DNA of 64,000 nucleotides from Candidatus Omnitrophota bacterium (GCA_028870995.1 JAGWOI010000002.1:110463-174462); one strand, 5' to 3'; counted from the first letter of the stretch, positions 43,233 through 52,644 are shown. Notes: a model not told the origin generated them from the sequence alone. Program-made: numbers and translations.

Positions 43233-43248
43233 AAAGGAAGGAGAGCGT

Positions 43249-43614
43249 ATGAACGAACGCAGGCAATTGCCGCGGTGGGAGATCAAAAAAAGCTCCCGGG
43301 TATGGATGCCGCAGGTGCAAAGCTTCAGTCAAGGGTTTATCGAGGATATGCATTTAAAAGGGATGTGCATATCTTTTGAAAAGCCGGTTTTCCAGCAGGA
43401 AACGGTTAATATTTATTTTACGATCGGTGAAGATAATTTGGATTTGATCAAGGTGGAAGCCCAGGTTCCCTGGACAAAGCAGGAAGCGGACAGGTGTGTT
43501 TACGGGCTGTTTTTTAGCCAGATCCGGGACGATTACAAGGACAGGATCTCCGAATACATTAATACCAATTGTTTTGACCAAATCAGGAATAATTGGTGGC
43601 AGCAGAGCGCCTAG
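43249..43614 (+). CDS. PilZ domain protein
   Basis: N-terminal ERRQLPR (RxxxR), DMHLKG (D/N-x-S-x-x-G with S>H), W..G..F pattern; AGGAG RBS at 16 nt from the giant-ORF stop. Confidence 0.85.
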   Translation: MNERRQLPRWEIKKSSRVWMPQVQSFSQGFIEDMHLKGMCISFEKPVFQQETVNIYFTIGEDNLDLIKVEAQVPWTKQEADRCVYGLFFSQIRDDYKDRISEYINTNCFDQIRNNWWQQSA

Positions 43615-45377
43615 GTACGTAGAAATTGGCGGTCCAGGAAATCCTGGGTGACTTCGATAAGTGTAGGCCGGCCATGAGGGCAGGTGAACGGGTCCCGGCA
43701 GTCGAGCAGCTGCCGGCGCTGATAATCGGCTTGAGAGGCATCCAGTTTGTCGCCTGCGACGATCGAGGCCTTGCAGGCGCGGCGGGCCAGGGTCTCCTTA
43801 TCCAGGCGGGGAACAGCATTACCGGCCAATAAGGAACGCACGACCGCCTCCATGTTTTTAAGCAATAAAGGCTGGGTCTGCACCGCAATGGTGTCTTCAT
43901 CGAATTGGGTGGTTTCGATTCCCAGCGCACTCATCTTCTCTTGAGCTTCTTCCCAAGCGATTTTTTCCTGCGGTGTTAATTTGACCAGCAGAGGCGTCAG
44001 CAAAGGCTGGGTTTCCACTGCGGCCTTTTCAATCTGGTTCTTGAATTTCTCGAACATAATGCGTTCCTGGGCGGCATGTTGATCGACGATCAGCAGGGAC
44101 TGGTCCGCCTCAAAGATCAGAAATTTCTGCAGGAAATGACCGATGAAGCGTGCCCTTTGGAACTTGGAGCGCAGGGTGTCTTCCTGGCCGAAGAGATGAA
44201 AATCCAAAGGTAGGGGATCGCCTTCGGTTGGGCACGTGTCCTGGGATGGCCTGAAATAGGAAGATGTCCCTATGTTAGGAAATGACAGGCTGGGCTGCAC
44301 CTGCCCCGGGGCGAAAACCACCTGGTCAGCCGACAGCCCGTTTTCCAGTACCGAAGAGGCTGGTTGCCTGGGGCGGCCTTTGTGCATCAACTGGTATTCC
44401 GTCATGCGGCGCAATAGGCTGATGATCCTGGCTTCGTCCTTGAGCCGCACCTCGCGCTTGGTGGGGTGGATATTTACGTCCACATTGGCTGGATCCAGCA
44501 TAATATTGATGATAAAGGCGCCGTACACTCCCGGCGGCAGGATCAGTTTGTAGACGTCATTAAGATTGAAGCTCAGGTTTTTGCTTTCGACGGGACGGTT
44601 GTTGATGAAAATAAATTGCAAATCCCGGCGCGGCCGCTGCACATTGATGTTGCCCAGGACCATTTTAATGCGGATCTTTTCCTGGGGATATTCCTGGTCA
44701 CACTCCAGCCAGTGTTCCATGTTGACGTTTAACGCCGCGGCGGCCCTGTCTACGGCAGACGGCGAGGGTTTCAAATCCAGGAGGGCACGGCCCGCATGGG
44801 TCAGCGCCAGGCGCAGCTGCGGATAAATCAGGGCATAGGGCATGACCACGTTAAGGATTTGATGCAACTCCGAGGCGTTATTTTTAAGGAATTTCCGACG
44901 GGCCGGGGTATTGAAAAAAAGTTCAGCCACCTTGATGTCGGTGCCGGCGCTGCTTAAGGCTGCGGGCTGCAGATCCTGCCTGGTACCGGCCCGCCAATGG
45001 ATTTGCCAGCCGTCTTGGGGCCCCGTGCGTGTCGTCAGGGTGACATCGCTGACCGCAGCGATGGAGTAGAGCGCTTCCCCGCGGAAACCCATGGAAGAAA
45101 GCCTCTCCAAATCTTCAATGGAGTTGATCTTGCTGGTGGCATGGCGCTGGAATATTCTTTCCAGATTGTCCCTGGAGATGCCGCTGCCGTTGTCCCGCAG
45201 GTGGATAAGTTCCTTGCCGGCATCTTTAAGATGAATGTCGATGGCGGTTGCACCGGCATCGAGGGCGTTTTCCAGCAGTTCTTTGACGACCGCCGCCGGG
45301 CGGTCCACGGCTTCTCCGGCGGCGATTTTGGCAATGACGTCTGCAGCTAAAACATGCACTTTATTCATAATCTCCAA
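43611..45377 (-). CDS. mutL: DNA mismatch repair endonuclease MutL
   Basis: IAAGE..RPAAVVKELLENALDAGA, HATSKI, GFRGEAL, DQHAAQER, ACK, CPHGRP. Confidence 0.97.
   Translation of the reverse strand: MEIMNKVHVLAADVIAKIAAGEAVDRPAAVVKELLENALDAGATAIDIHLKDAGKELIHLRDNGSGISRDNLERIFQRHATSKINSIEDLERLSSMGFRGEALYSIAAVSDVTLTTRTGPQDGWQIHWRAGTRQDLQPAALSSAGTDIKVAELFFNTPARRKFLKNNASELHQILNVVMPYALIYPQLRLALTHAGRALLDLKPSPSAVDRAAAALNVNMEHWLECDQEYPQEKIRIKMVLGNINVQRPRRDLQFIFINNRPVESKNLSFNLNDVYKLILPPGVYGAFIINIMLDPANVDVNIHPTKREVRLKDEARIISLLRRMTEYQLMHKGRPRQPASSVLENGLSADQVVFAPGQVQPSLSFPNIGTSSYFRPSQDTCPTEGDPLPLDFHLFGQEDTLRSKFQRARFIGHFLQKFLIFEADQSLLIVDQHAAQERIMFEKFKNQIEKAAVETQPLLTPLLVKLTPQEKIAWEEAQEKMSALGIETTQFDEDTIAVQTQPLLLKNMEAVVRSLLAGNAVPRLDKETLARRACKASIVAGDKLDASQADYQRRQLLDCRDPFTCPHGRPTLIEVTQDFLDRQFLRT
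44254..44273. repeat. GGGAC/GTCCC-family short palindromic element inside the mutL linker
   Basis: AAATAGGAAGATGTCCCTAT has ATAGG..CCTAT arms with a GTCCC core, in the variable MutL linker. Confidence 0.4.
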
Positions 45378-45399
45378 TCCTTGAGTCTTTGGAATTCTC

Positions 45400-45527
45400 G
45401 GACCGTTTCTAGCAAAGCCTTAGAGCCACAAAAGGTTACAATAGAACTGGTCCAAAACGTATTAATAATGAAAGGGACACTTCTGTCATAAGTCTTTATT
45501 TTTCTAGGGGCATTATAGAAACGGTCC
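45400..45527. repeat. 128-bp MITE/REP-like element with 12-bp terminal inverted repeats
   Basis: GGACCGTTTCTA (45400-45411) and TAGAAACGGTCC (45516-45527), with internal variants TAGAACTGGTCC (45442) and AAAGGGACACTT (45471). Confidence 0.55.
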
Positions 45528-48032
45528 AAGCTTTATTTTTAATTCATCCAGCTTTTTTAAAGCTTCGATGGGGGTCAGGGAATTGATGTCGATTTCTTCT
45601 AGCGCGGCGCGCAGCTCGTCCGGTAGGGACGGGCTGTCGGCTGCACCGAAGAGGTTTAATTGCTTGTCCTGTTTTTTAAAGGGGTGGGGCGTCCCGATTT
45701 CAAGTTCGGAGAGGATTTCCTTGGAGCGCTTGATCACCGCCTCCGGAATGCCCGCCAACTTGGCGACATAGATGCCGTAAGAATCATCGGAGCCGCCGGG
45801 CACAATTTTGTGCATAAAGATGATCTTGTCCTTCCATTCGCGCACCGCGACGTTGTAGTTTTTGGTGCCCTTAAACCGGTCGGCCAGGGCGGTCAGTTCA
45901 TGGAAGTGCGTGGCAAAGAGGGTGCGTACTTTCTGGGCATGCATGTGCTCGGCCAGGGCCCAGGCCAGGCTTAAGCCGTCGGAGGTCGAGGTGCCGCGGC
46001 CTATCTCATCCAGGATGACCAGCGACCGGGGCGTCAGGTTGTTGAGAATGTCGGCGGCCTCCGTCATTTCCACCATGAAGGTGCTTTGGCCCTTGGCGAT
46101 ATCATCGTGAGCGCCGATACGGGTGAAAATTTTATCGACCACCCCGATGGTGGCGGCCGCGGCCGGAATGGGGGCGCCCATCTGGGCCATGATGACAAGG
46201 CAGGCGTTCTGACGGATATAGGTGGATTTGCCGGCCATATTCGGCCCGGTGAGAACGATCAATTGGTTTTCATCGGTATCCAGCAGCAGGTCGTTAGCGA
46301 TGAAATTATCCGTGACTGTCTTTTCAACCACCGGATGGCGGCCTTCCTTGATTTCCAAGACCGTAGAGGCATTGACCTGCGGGAAAATATAGCGGTCCCA
46401 GCCTGACAATCGTCCCAGGGCCTGCAGGCAGTCGATGTTCGCTATTTGGGCGCAGAGTTCATGCAGGCTGCCGGCCTGGGCCAGGAGGGCCTTTTCTATT
46501 TCCCCCAGGAGGCGTTTTTCGATGGCCAAAATTTTATCCTGGGCGGTGAGGAATTTTTCTTCATATTCCTTAAGTTCTTGGGTGATATAACGCTCGCCGT
46601 TGACCAGGGTTTGCTTGCGTACGTAGTGGCCGGGCACGCTGCTTTGGCGGGATTTGGAAACTTCAAGATAGAAACCGAAAACATTGGTGAAACCAACTTT
46701 CAAGGACGAGATGCCTGTTTTTTTGATCTCTTCAGCCTGGTATTGGGCCAGCCATTGCCTGCCGTTTTCCAGGATATTCTTAAGCTCATCTAATTCGGGG
46801 TCGATTCCCGGCAGGATCATTTTACCATCGGGTTTGGCCAGGGGCGCGTCGGGGTTGATGGTTTTCGTCAACAATTCCCGTAAAGCCGCCAGATCTTCGA
46901 TTTTTAAAAGCGGGTTGGAAGGGCCGGCCAGGCATTCGGCGATCAAGGGCACGCGCAGCAGGGCCTGGCGGATATTCAAAAGGTCCTTGATGGAGCCGCA
47001 GCCGCAGGAAAGCCTGGAGAGGGCTTTTTGCAGATCAGGCATATTTTTGAGGCATTCTTCCAGACGGTCGTTGCCGGCCAGGGACCTGGCCGCCTCCTGC
47101 CGGGATTGAATGCCCGGAATATCCTTGAGCGGATGGTACAGCCAAAAGCGGAAAGCACGTTTGCCCATCGGGGTGGCGGTCAAATCAATGGCAGACAGCA
47201 GTACTTCCAACTCCAGGCCATAATGGGCGGCCGGCGAAATGAAGGCATGATCATCCTGGGCATAAAGGCGCATGCGGTCGATGTGTTTAAGGCCGGTCTT
47301 GTTCATGGTCTTTAAATATTCCAGCAGCGCACCGGCCGCGCCCTGTGCCAGGGGCAGTTCATCGACGCCGAACCCCCGCAGCGTCTGCGTGCCGAAATGA
47401 GCGCAGAGGCTTTGGCGGGACATCTCCTGGTTAAAGGCCCAGTCACCCAGGGGGCTTAAGGTGATGGCGCGCATTTTGACTAAGGGGTGGGAAAAAAGCT
47501 CCTTGATCTTTTCTTCCTGGGCCTCGGGATAAAGGCACTCGGAAACCGGCAGTTTAGCCAGAAGCTCAACAGCCTGGTGCAAAGAAAATTCATTGGCAAA
47601 AATGGTGCCGCCGGCATTGTCGATGAAGGCCGCCCCGAAAGTTTTTCCGGAACAAATACTCAACAAGTAACGGGAGTCGACGGACTCATCCAGGTAGGTT
47701 CCGGCGCTGATGATGCGGATGACATCGCGTTTGACCAGTCCTGCGGCGGCGGCCGGGTCTTCGACCTGTTCGCAGATGGCCACTTTTTGACCGGCCTTGA
47801 TGAGCTTGGCGATATAATTATCGCTGGAGTGATAGGGAACCCCGCACATGGGGATCTTGCCTGAGGCATCCTGGCCGCGGGAGGTCAGGACAAGGTCCAG
47901 GAGGGACGAGGCAAGGGTCGCGTCTTCAAAGAACATTTCGTAAAAATCGCCCAGACGGAAAAAGAGGATGGCATCCTTATGTCTGGCCTTGATGTCCCGG
48001 TATTGTTTGAGCATGGGGGTTGGAGCGTGCAT
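45513..48032 (-). CDS. mutS: DNA mismatch repair protein MutS
   Basis: TPMLKQY, FFRLGDFYEMF, TGPNMAGKST, STFMVEM, DEIGRGT, FATHFHEL, SYGIYVA. Confidence 0.98.
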   Translation of the reverse strand: MHAPTPMLKQYRDIKARHKDAILFFRLGDFYEMFFEDATLASSLLDLVLTSRGQDASGKIPMCGVPYHSSDNYIAKLIKAGQKVAICEQVEDPAAAAGLVKRDVIRIISAGTYLDESVDSRYLLSICSGKTFGAAFIDNAGGTIFANEFSLHQAVELLAKLPVSECLYPEAQEEKIKELFSHPLVKMRAITLSPLGDWAFNQEMSRQSLCAHFGTQTLRGFGVDELPLAQGAAGALLEYLKTMNKTGLKHIDRMRLYAQDDHAFISPAAHYGLELEVLLSAIDLTATPMGKRAFRFWLYHPLKDIPGIQSRQEAARSLAGNDRLEECLKNMPDLQKALSRLSCGCGSIKDLLNIRQALLRVPLIAECLAGPSNPLLKIEDLAALRELLTKTINPDAPLAKPDGKMILPGIDPELDELKNILENGRQWLAQYQAEEIKKTGISSLKVGFTNVFGFYLEVSKSRQSSVPGHYVRKQTLVNGERYITQELKEYEEKFLTAQDKILAIEKRLLGEIEKALLAQAGSLHELCAQIANIDCLQALGRLSGWDRYIFPQVNASTVLEIKEGRHPVVEKTVTDNFIANDLLLDTDENQLIVLTGPNMAGKSTYIRQNACLVIMAQMGAPIPAAAATIGVVDKIFTRIGAHDDIAKGQSTFMVEMTEAADILNNLTPRSLVILDEIGRGTSTSDGLSLAWALAEHMHAQKVRTLFATHFHELTALADRFKGTKNYNVAVREWKDKIIFMHKIVPGGSDDSYGIYVAKLAGIPEAVIKRSKEILSELEIGTPHPFKKQDKQLNLFGAADSPSLPDELRAALEEIDINSLTPIEALKKLDELKIKLGPFL

Positions 48033-48059
48033 CAAGGGAGATTTATAGCATAAAAAGAG

Positions 48060-48914
48060 GTGACAGGCACGATTTTTTATTTTACCATGCAGGATATCAT
48101 GAGAAATCTATGCTTGTCGCTGCTGTTACTTCTCACCGGGACTTGCCTGTCGTGGGGCGATCCGGCCCCGTCCCTGCCTTATTATAAGACCATCATGGAG
48201 ATCATGGCTCCTTTGAGGTATTCGGGAGTTCCGGTGATGGTCAAGCCGCAGGTTTATTTGAGCCTCGATTTTGCCAAGAGGACCTGGACCATCCACAACA
48301 TCCATGAATATGACCAGAAGGGCAACATTATCCTGGCCCAGGGACGTTACGGGCTTTGCGCGGAATTGGCCACCTACTTGTTCGAGAAGATAAAGCCCTT
48401 TATTGACAACAAGCGTTATGATCTTAAATTTGCCATGGTGACGGAATCAGACTTTTTTTCATCACGCCAGTCCAACCATATCGTTTTGCTGCTGGCGGAC
48501 AAATCCAACGGTGAGGTTTATTTAATCGACCCCAGTTTTCACAGATACGGCCGGCTTAAGGACCTCCCTGAATATAAAGTCCTCAATGTTCAAGACACCC
48601 TTTCCTTTGTCCAGGACAAGTCCCACGACGTTTTTTTCAGCGTCAACCAGGCCATGCCGCTGTACATCAAAAAGGATTATTTGCTGTCTTTCGCGGTGAC
48701 CTCGGTGGACGGCAAGTTCGACAAGGACAATTTCATTTTTGTGATTTCGGCCAACCGCCGGTACAAATTCAGCGGGCATGATATTGTGCTCATCGGACGG
48801 CGGCATAAGGAGTTTGTGGATCTGGAAGACAAGACCTTGCTTAACAAGATACTGACTCAGGATGAGATCAGCACCCTTTTCGATAGGTTAAAGATATGGC
48901 TTCAACCCGCCTGA
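48060..48914 (+). CDS. Secreted protein with putative Cys-His-Asp (transglutaminase/NAT-like) triad
   Basis: Hydrophobic signal-like N-terminus (true start probably ATG 48088 or 48099); GLCAEL, NHIVLL, YLIDPS. Confidence 0.6.
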   Translation: MTGTIFYFTMQDIMRNLCLSLLLLLTGTCLSWGDPAPSLPYYKTIMEIMAPLRYSGVPVMVKPQVYLSLDFAKRTWTIHNIHEYDQKGNIILAQGRYGLCAELATYLFEKIKPFIDNKRYDLKFAMVTESDFFSSRQSNHIVLLLADKSNGEVYLIDPSFHRYGRLKDLPEYKVLNVQDTLSFVQDKSHDVFFSVNQAMPLYIKKDYLLSFAVTSVDGKFDKDNFIFVISANRRYKFSGHDIVLIGRRHKEFVDLEDKTLLNKILTQDEISTLFDRLKIWLQPA

Positions 48915-49417
48915 CCCATGCAGGTCAATTGTGACGGCGTCAACAGCCAGTTGAGGACGGCATCGGGATCGTCCCAAGGCTCATGCAGGCTCAAGGAGCA
49001 AAGACCGCCTTTTTTTAAATCGATCATCAGCTCCTTACCGCTTTCTAAAAAGCTGGAGATCAGCTCCGTCAGGTGCGGTTCGTGCCCGACCAGCAAAAAA
49101 TGTTCTTTTTTGGGGAAGCGGCGGCGGATCTCGGCCAGCAGCTCCTTGGCGCAGGCGGGTTCAAGCAGGTTTTCGGTCAGGTGGATATCTTCCTTTTTTA
49201 TGTTGTAGATTTTGGCAACGGTCTCGGCGGTCTGCCTGGCCCGCAGGTAGGGGCTGCTGAGGATGCAGTCAAATTTTAAATCCAAGGCCTTCATCCCCAG
49301 GCTTTCCCGGTGCATTTTTTCTACACCTTCGGCCGTGAGGGGGCGGAGGCTGTCGTCTTTATACTTGGGATCACCGTGTTGGCCGGCAAGGCCGTGCCGC
49401 AAAAAATAAAGTTCCAT
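48902..49417 (-). CDS. sixA: Phosphohistidine phosphatase SixA
   Basis: LYFLRHG, D..RPLT..G, SSPYLRARQTAE, LVGHEP, KKGG; GAGG-containing RBS upstream. Confidence 0.9.
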   Translation of the reverse strand: MELYFLRHGLAGQHGDPKYKDDSLRPLTAEGVEKMHRESLGMKALDLKFDCILSSPYLRARQTAETVAKIYNIKKEDIHLTENLLEPACAKELLAEIRRRFPKKEHFLLVGHEPHLTELISSFLESGKELMIDLKKGGLCSLSLHEPWDDPDAVLNWLLTPSQLTCMGQAG

Positions 49418-49540
49418 AGGAAACCCTCCTTCCTCAAGGTGCCGATTTCCTTTAATTTATTAGTGGAAAAAATCGGCCCAAAGCTATTATAATGAAAAAC
49501 CTTTGATTAAGGAAGACCGCTAAGGAAGGAGCCTTGGGTT

Positions 49541-49945
49541 ATGCGTTTTGTCTTGATGACGTTGTTGAGCTTAGGCCTGGCAGGCTGCGCCTCGGCACCG
49601 GTGTACAATCCCATGCAGGTGGCTGTCCAGCAGGAGCTGTTGCTGAATGAGAACGGCCTGAAGGCATTACAGAACGGGATGACCGTCGACCAGGTGCATC
49701 AAATCATGGGGCAACAATTGGTGATCGGCTATAAATACCAGGCCCCTGATTACAAGCCGTTGACCATCCCCAATCCGTATAAAAGCGAGACGGTCAAAGG
49801 GTCCGGTTATTTGATAGAGTATTATGTCCAGGCCGTCATACAGCCGGATGGCGCCGTCCATGACAACGAACTGATGCCCCTGGTTTTTAAGGACGGCAAA
49901 CTTGTCGGGCGCGGCTGGCCTCTGGCGCATTCTTTGGAAAAATGA
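49541..49945 (+). CDS. Lipoprotein (DUF3192/SmpA-like)
   Basis: Lipobox LAGC; L..GMT.DQV..IMG; PLVFKDGKLVGRGW. Confidence 0.75.
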   Translation: MRFVLMTLLSLGLAGCASAPVYNPMQVAVQQELLLNENGLKALQNGMTVDQVHQIMGQQLVIGYKYQAPDYKPLTIPNPYKSETVKGSGYLIEYYVQAVIQPDGAVHDNELMPLVFKDGKLVGRGWPLAHSLEK

Positions 49946-50871
49946 AGGCCTTTTACGTTTCGTTAAAGCCATTCTTGAATCACGGCCGCCTCTCCCGGCC
50001 GGCGGATTGGAACAAAATCTTCGGCAATGATTTTCCGCTGATCGTCGAGATAGGTTTTGGCAACGGGGAGTACCTGGCCCGGCTGAGCGCGCAGCATCCC
50101 GGGACGAATTTTATCGGATTTGAACAATATTGCGACCGCATCAACCGCACGCTGCGCAAGTTAAGCCGTACGGCCTTGGACAATGTGAGGGTCTTAAGGC
50201 TGGATGCCAGGGCAGGCTTTGAACGCTACCTGAAACCCAAAACAGTCGCCGAAGTCCATTGCCTTTATCCGCCGCCCTGGCCCAAGAAATCGGATGCCAA
50301 ACACCGGCTTTTTACGGCGGGTTTCTTAAAGCTTGTCAACAGCCGGCTCGTGGACGGCGGCATTTTGAAAATAGTCACCGATCATTGCCCTTATATCGGC
50401 TGGGTCCAAGACAATATCCCGTCAACGGGATTCGGCGTCGAATTCAAAAAGATCCGGGCGGATTACGGCACTAAGTTTGAGAAAAAATGGGTCGACGGCG
50501 GCCAGAGCGAATTCTACCAGCTGCTGCTTAAAAAAGAGCAGCACCAGCCCGTGGGGCTTGTGGAGGATAGGTTCATGCAAAGTTATTGCACCGAGCGGTT
50601 TGATCCCGACAAATTTAGGTTTAAAGACTATTCCCAGGACGGTATTGCGGTGTCCTTCAAGGACATGTTGTACGATGCCAAAAAGAAAGTCGCCCTGGTG
50701 CATGTGATGGCCTGCGACGGACCCATGGCCCAAAACATCCGTATTGTCATAAGCCTCACGGAGAAGGGCTGGCGCATCAATCTGGCGGAAGGGACCATGC
50801 TGATGCCAACCCAGGCCGTGGCCCAGGCCCTTGATTGCGTGTATCAGGCGGCCCTGGCCAGCAGCCCTTGA
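49942..50871 (+). CDS. trmB: tRNA (guanine-N7)-methyltransferase, long form
   Basis: VEIGFGNG, NFIGFE, PPPWPKK..KHRL, TDH..Y, TKFEKKW; ATGA overlap with the upstream gene. Confidence 0.92.
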   Translation: MKAFYVSLKPFLNHGRLSRPADWNKIFGNDFPLIVEIGFGNGEYLARLSAQHPGTNFIGFEQYCDRINRTLRKLSRTALDNVRVLRLDARAGFERYLKPKTVAEVHCLYPPPWPKKSDAKHRLFTAGFLKLVNSRLVDGGILKIVTDHCPYIGWVQDNIPSTGFGVEFKKIRADYGTKFEKKWVDGGQSEFYQLLLKKEQHQPVGLVEDRFMQSYCTERFDPDKFRFKDYSQDGIAVSFKDMLYDAKKKVALVHVMACDGPMAQNIRIVISLTEKGWRINLAEGTMLMPTQAVAQALDCVYQAALASSP

Positions 50872-50936
50872 GTTCGCTGCAAAAATTTGCCAATTAAGTA
50901 TTGTGTCCTTCGTCTTCCTCGAGTATATTGCCATTT

Positions 50937-51779
50937 ATGCTTAAAATCTTTCGCAGCATTTTGATCGGCCTCCTGGTCGTCGCCTGGGTGGCCCCCGGGG
51001 AAGGTTTGGCTTATCACCGCCTGGCGTTCCGCCGCCACGGCCCGTACCATCTGACCGCCAATACGGCGCTTTTGTGGGACCCCGCCCGCAATCAAAATTA
51101 CTTCGCGCAAGGCGCGGATCGGGAGGTTTATCCCGCCTCCACGACCAAGGTGTTGACCGCGATCCTTGTTTTAGAGAATCTTCCTTTGGACAAGCAAGTG
51201 ACGGTGCCGGCGCAGGCGGCTTTGATGCCGCAGACAAAGCTTGGTTTGAGGCCCGGCGAAGTCTGGCGGGTCAGGGATTTGCTTTACGGCATGCTGCTTC
51301 ATTCGGCCAACGACGCCGCCGTGACCCTGGCCGTGGCCGTGGCCGGGTCCCAGGAAAAATTCGTCGATATGATGAATGCCCGCGCCAGGCAGCTGGGGGC
51401 CCTGCACAGCCATTTCGCCAATCCTGACGGCTTGCCGTCCACCGGCCCGCAATTCACCACAGCGGCCGACATGAGCCGGATATTCCTCCAGGCCCTCAAG
51501 AATGATTTTTTCCGGCAAGCCCTCACCTATAAGTACATGACCATCTCTTCCGTTGCAGGCCGGCGTCTTTTTCTGAAATCGTTCAACAAGACCTTGTTTT
51601 TTAGCTGGAGACGGCAGGTGTTCGGTAAAACCGGGTATACTAGAGAGGCCCGGTATTGTTTTGTCGGCTATATCCCAAGGGGGAAGGAAGACATGCTGGT
51701 TATAGCGGTTTATGGATGCCGCCGCCGCTGGACGGACATGAAGTATATCATTGAACATTACGGCCATATTATGTTATGA
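50937..51779 (+). CDS. D-alanyl-D-alanine carboxypeptidase (peptidase S11)
   Basis: Signal peptide; PASTTK (SxxK), SAN (SxN), NPDGL, KTG. Confidence 0.92.
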   Translation: MLKIFRSILIGLLVVAWVAPGEGLAYHRLAFRRHGPYHLTANTALLWDPARNQNYFAQGADREVYPASTTKVLTAILVLENLPLDKQVTVPAQAALMPQTKLGLRPGEVWRVRDLLYGMLLHSANDAAVTLAVAVAGSQEKFVDMMNARARQLGALHSHFANPDGLPSTGPQFTTAADMSRIFLQALKNDFFRQALTYKYMTISSVAGRRLFLKSFNKTLFFSWRRQVFGKTGYTREARYCFVGYIPRGKEDMLVIAVYGCRRRWTDMKYIIEHYGHIML

Positions 51780-51807
51780 TTTGAATATTCACTCACGGAG
51801 GGTTCTT

Positions 51808-52620
51808 ATGGAAAATAAAAATGACGTTATTGCCATTCTCTTGGTTGTTCTGATCGCCGTTATCGCCATGGTCGGTATCCAAGTCAGCGTTAAAAACGGC
51901 GTCCAGGTCGCCCTTTCTCCCGTAAAACAGCAGCTTGACGGTATCGGGAAACAGGAAAGGAATATCTTAAACCAATTGAACGGCATTCATAGGGAACTGA
52001 ATCAGATGAGAAACAAGGTCAATTCCATGGGCAACGGCGTCCCTCGATTCCAGCCGCAGCCTCAACTGCCGCCCCCGGAAGACATGAATAAGGTTTATAA
52101 CATCCCGGTTGGCGACTCCGCCGTGCTGGGCAACAAGAATGCGCCCGTAACCATCACGGAGTTTTCGGATTTTCAATGCCCGTTCTGCGCCCGTTTCTAT
52201 CCGGTCATCAAGCAGGTATTAGCGGCTTATCCGGATAAAGTCAGGGTTGTTATCAAGAATTTTCCGCTGGCGTTTCATCCTAATGCCCTTCCGGCTGCTA
52301 AGCTGGCCATGGCAGCCAATGAGCAGGGCAAGTTCCAGGGGATGATGGAGTCTCTGCTCGCCAATGGCGGGGACGTATCCGACGCCAAGATCAAGGAATA
52401 CGCCCAGAATTTGGGGCTGAATTACAACAAGCTGATGGCGGATTATAAAAATCAGGACGCGCGCTGGACAAAACAGATCGACGATGACCTGAAGCTTGGC
52501 GCTGATGTGGATGTGCGCGGTACCCCGACATTTTATCTTGACGGCCGCAAGACCAATGCCAGGGACTTGGAAAGTTTTAAAGCCCAGATAGATCCCATCC
52601 TGGCAAACAAAAATAAATAG
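51808..52620 (+). CDS. DsbA-family thioredoxin-fold protein with N-terminal anchor and coiled coil
   Basis: GGAGG RBS; EFSDFQCPFC, FPL.FH, GTPTF. Confidence 0.9.
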   Translation: MENKNDVIAILLVVLIAVIAMVGIQVSVKNGVQVALSPVKQQLDGIGKQERNILNQLNGIHRELNQMRNKVNSMGNGVPRFQPQPQLPPPEDMNKVYNIPVGDSAVLGNKNAPVTITEFSDFQCPFCARFYPVIKQVLAAYPDKVRVVIKNFPLAFHPNALPAAKLAMAANEQGKFQGMMESLLANGGDVSDAKIKEYAQNLGLNYNKLMADYKNQDARWTKQIDDDLKLGADVDVRGTPTFYLDGRKTNARDLESFKAQIDPILANKNK

Positions 52621-52644
52621 CGTGTACACCGCCCAAAGAGACAC

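Noticed and set aside
50570-50871. C-terminal extension of TrmB as a novel fusion
   Set aside because: Long-form TrmB proteins with C-terminal extensions are already known, so this is not distinctive.
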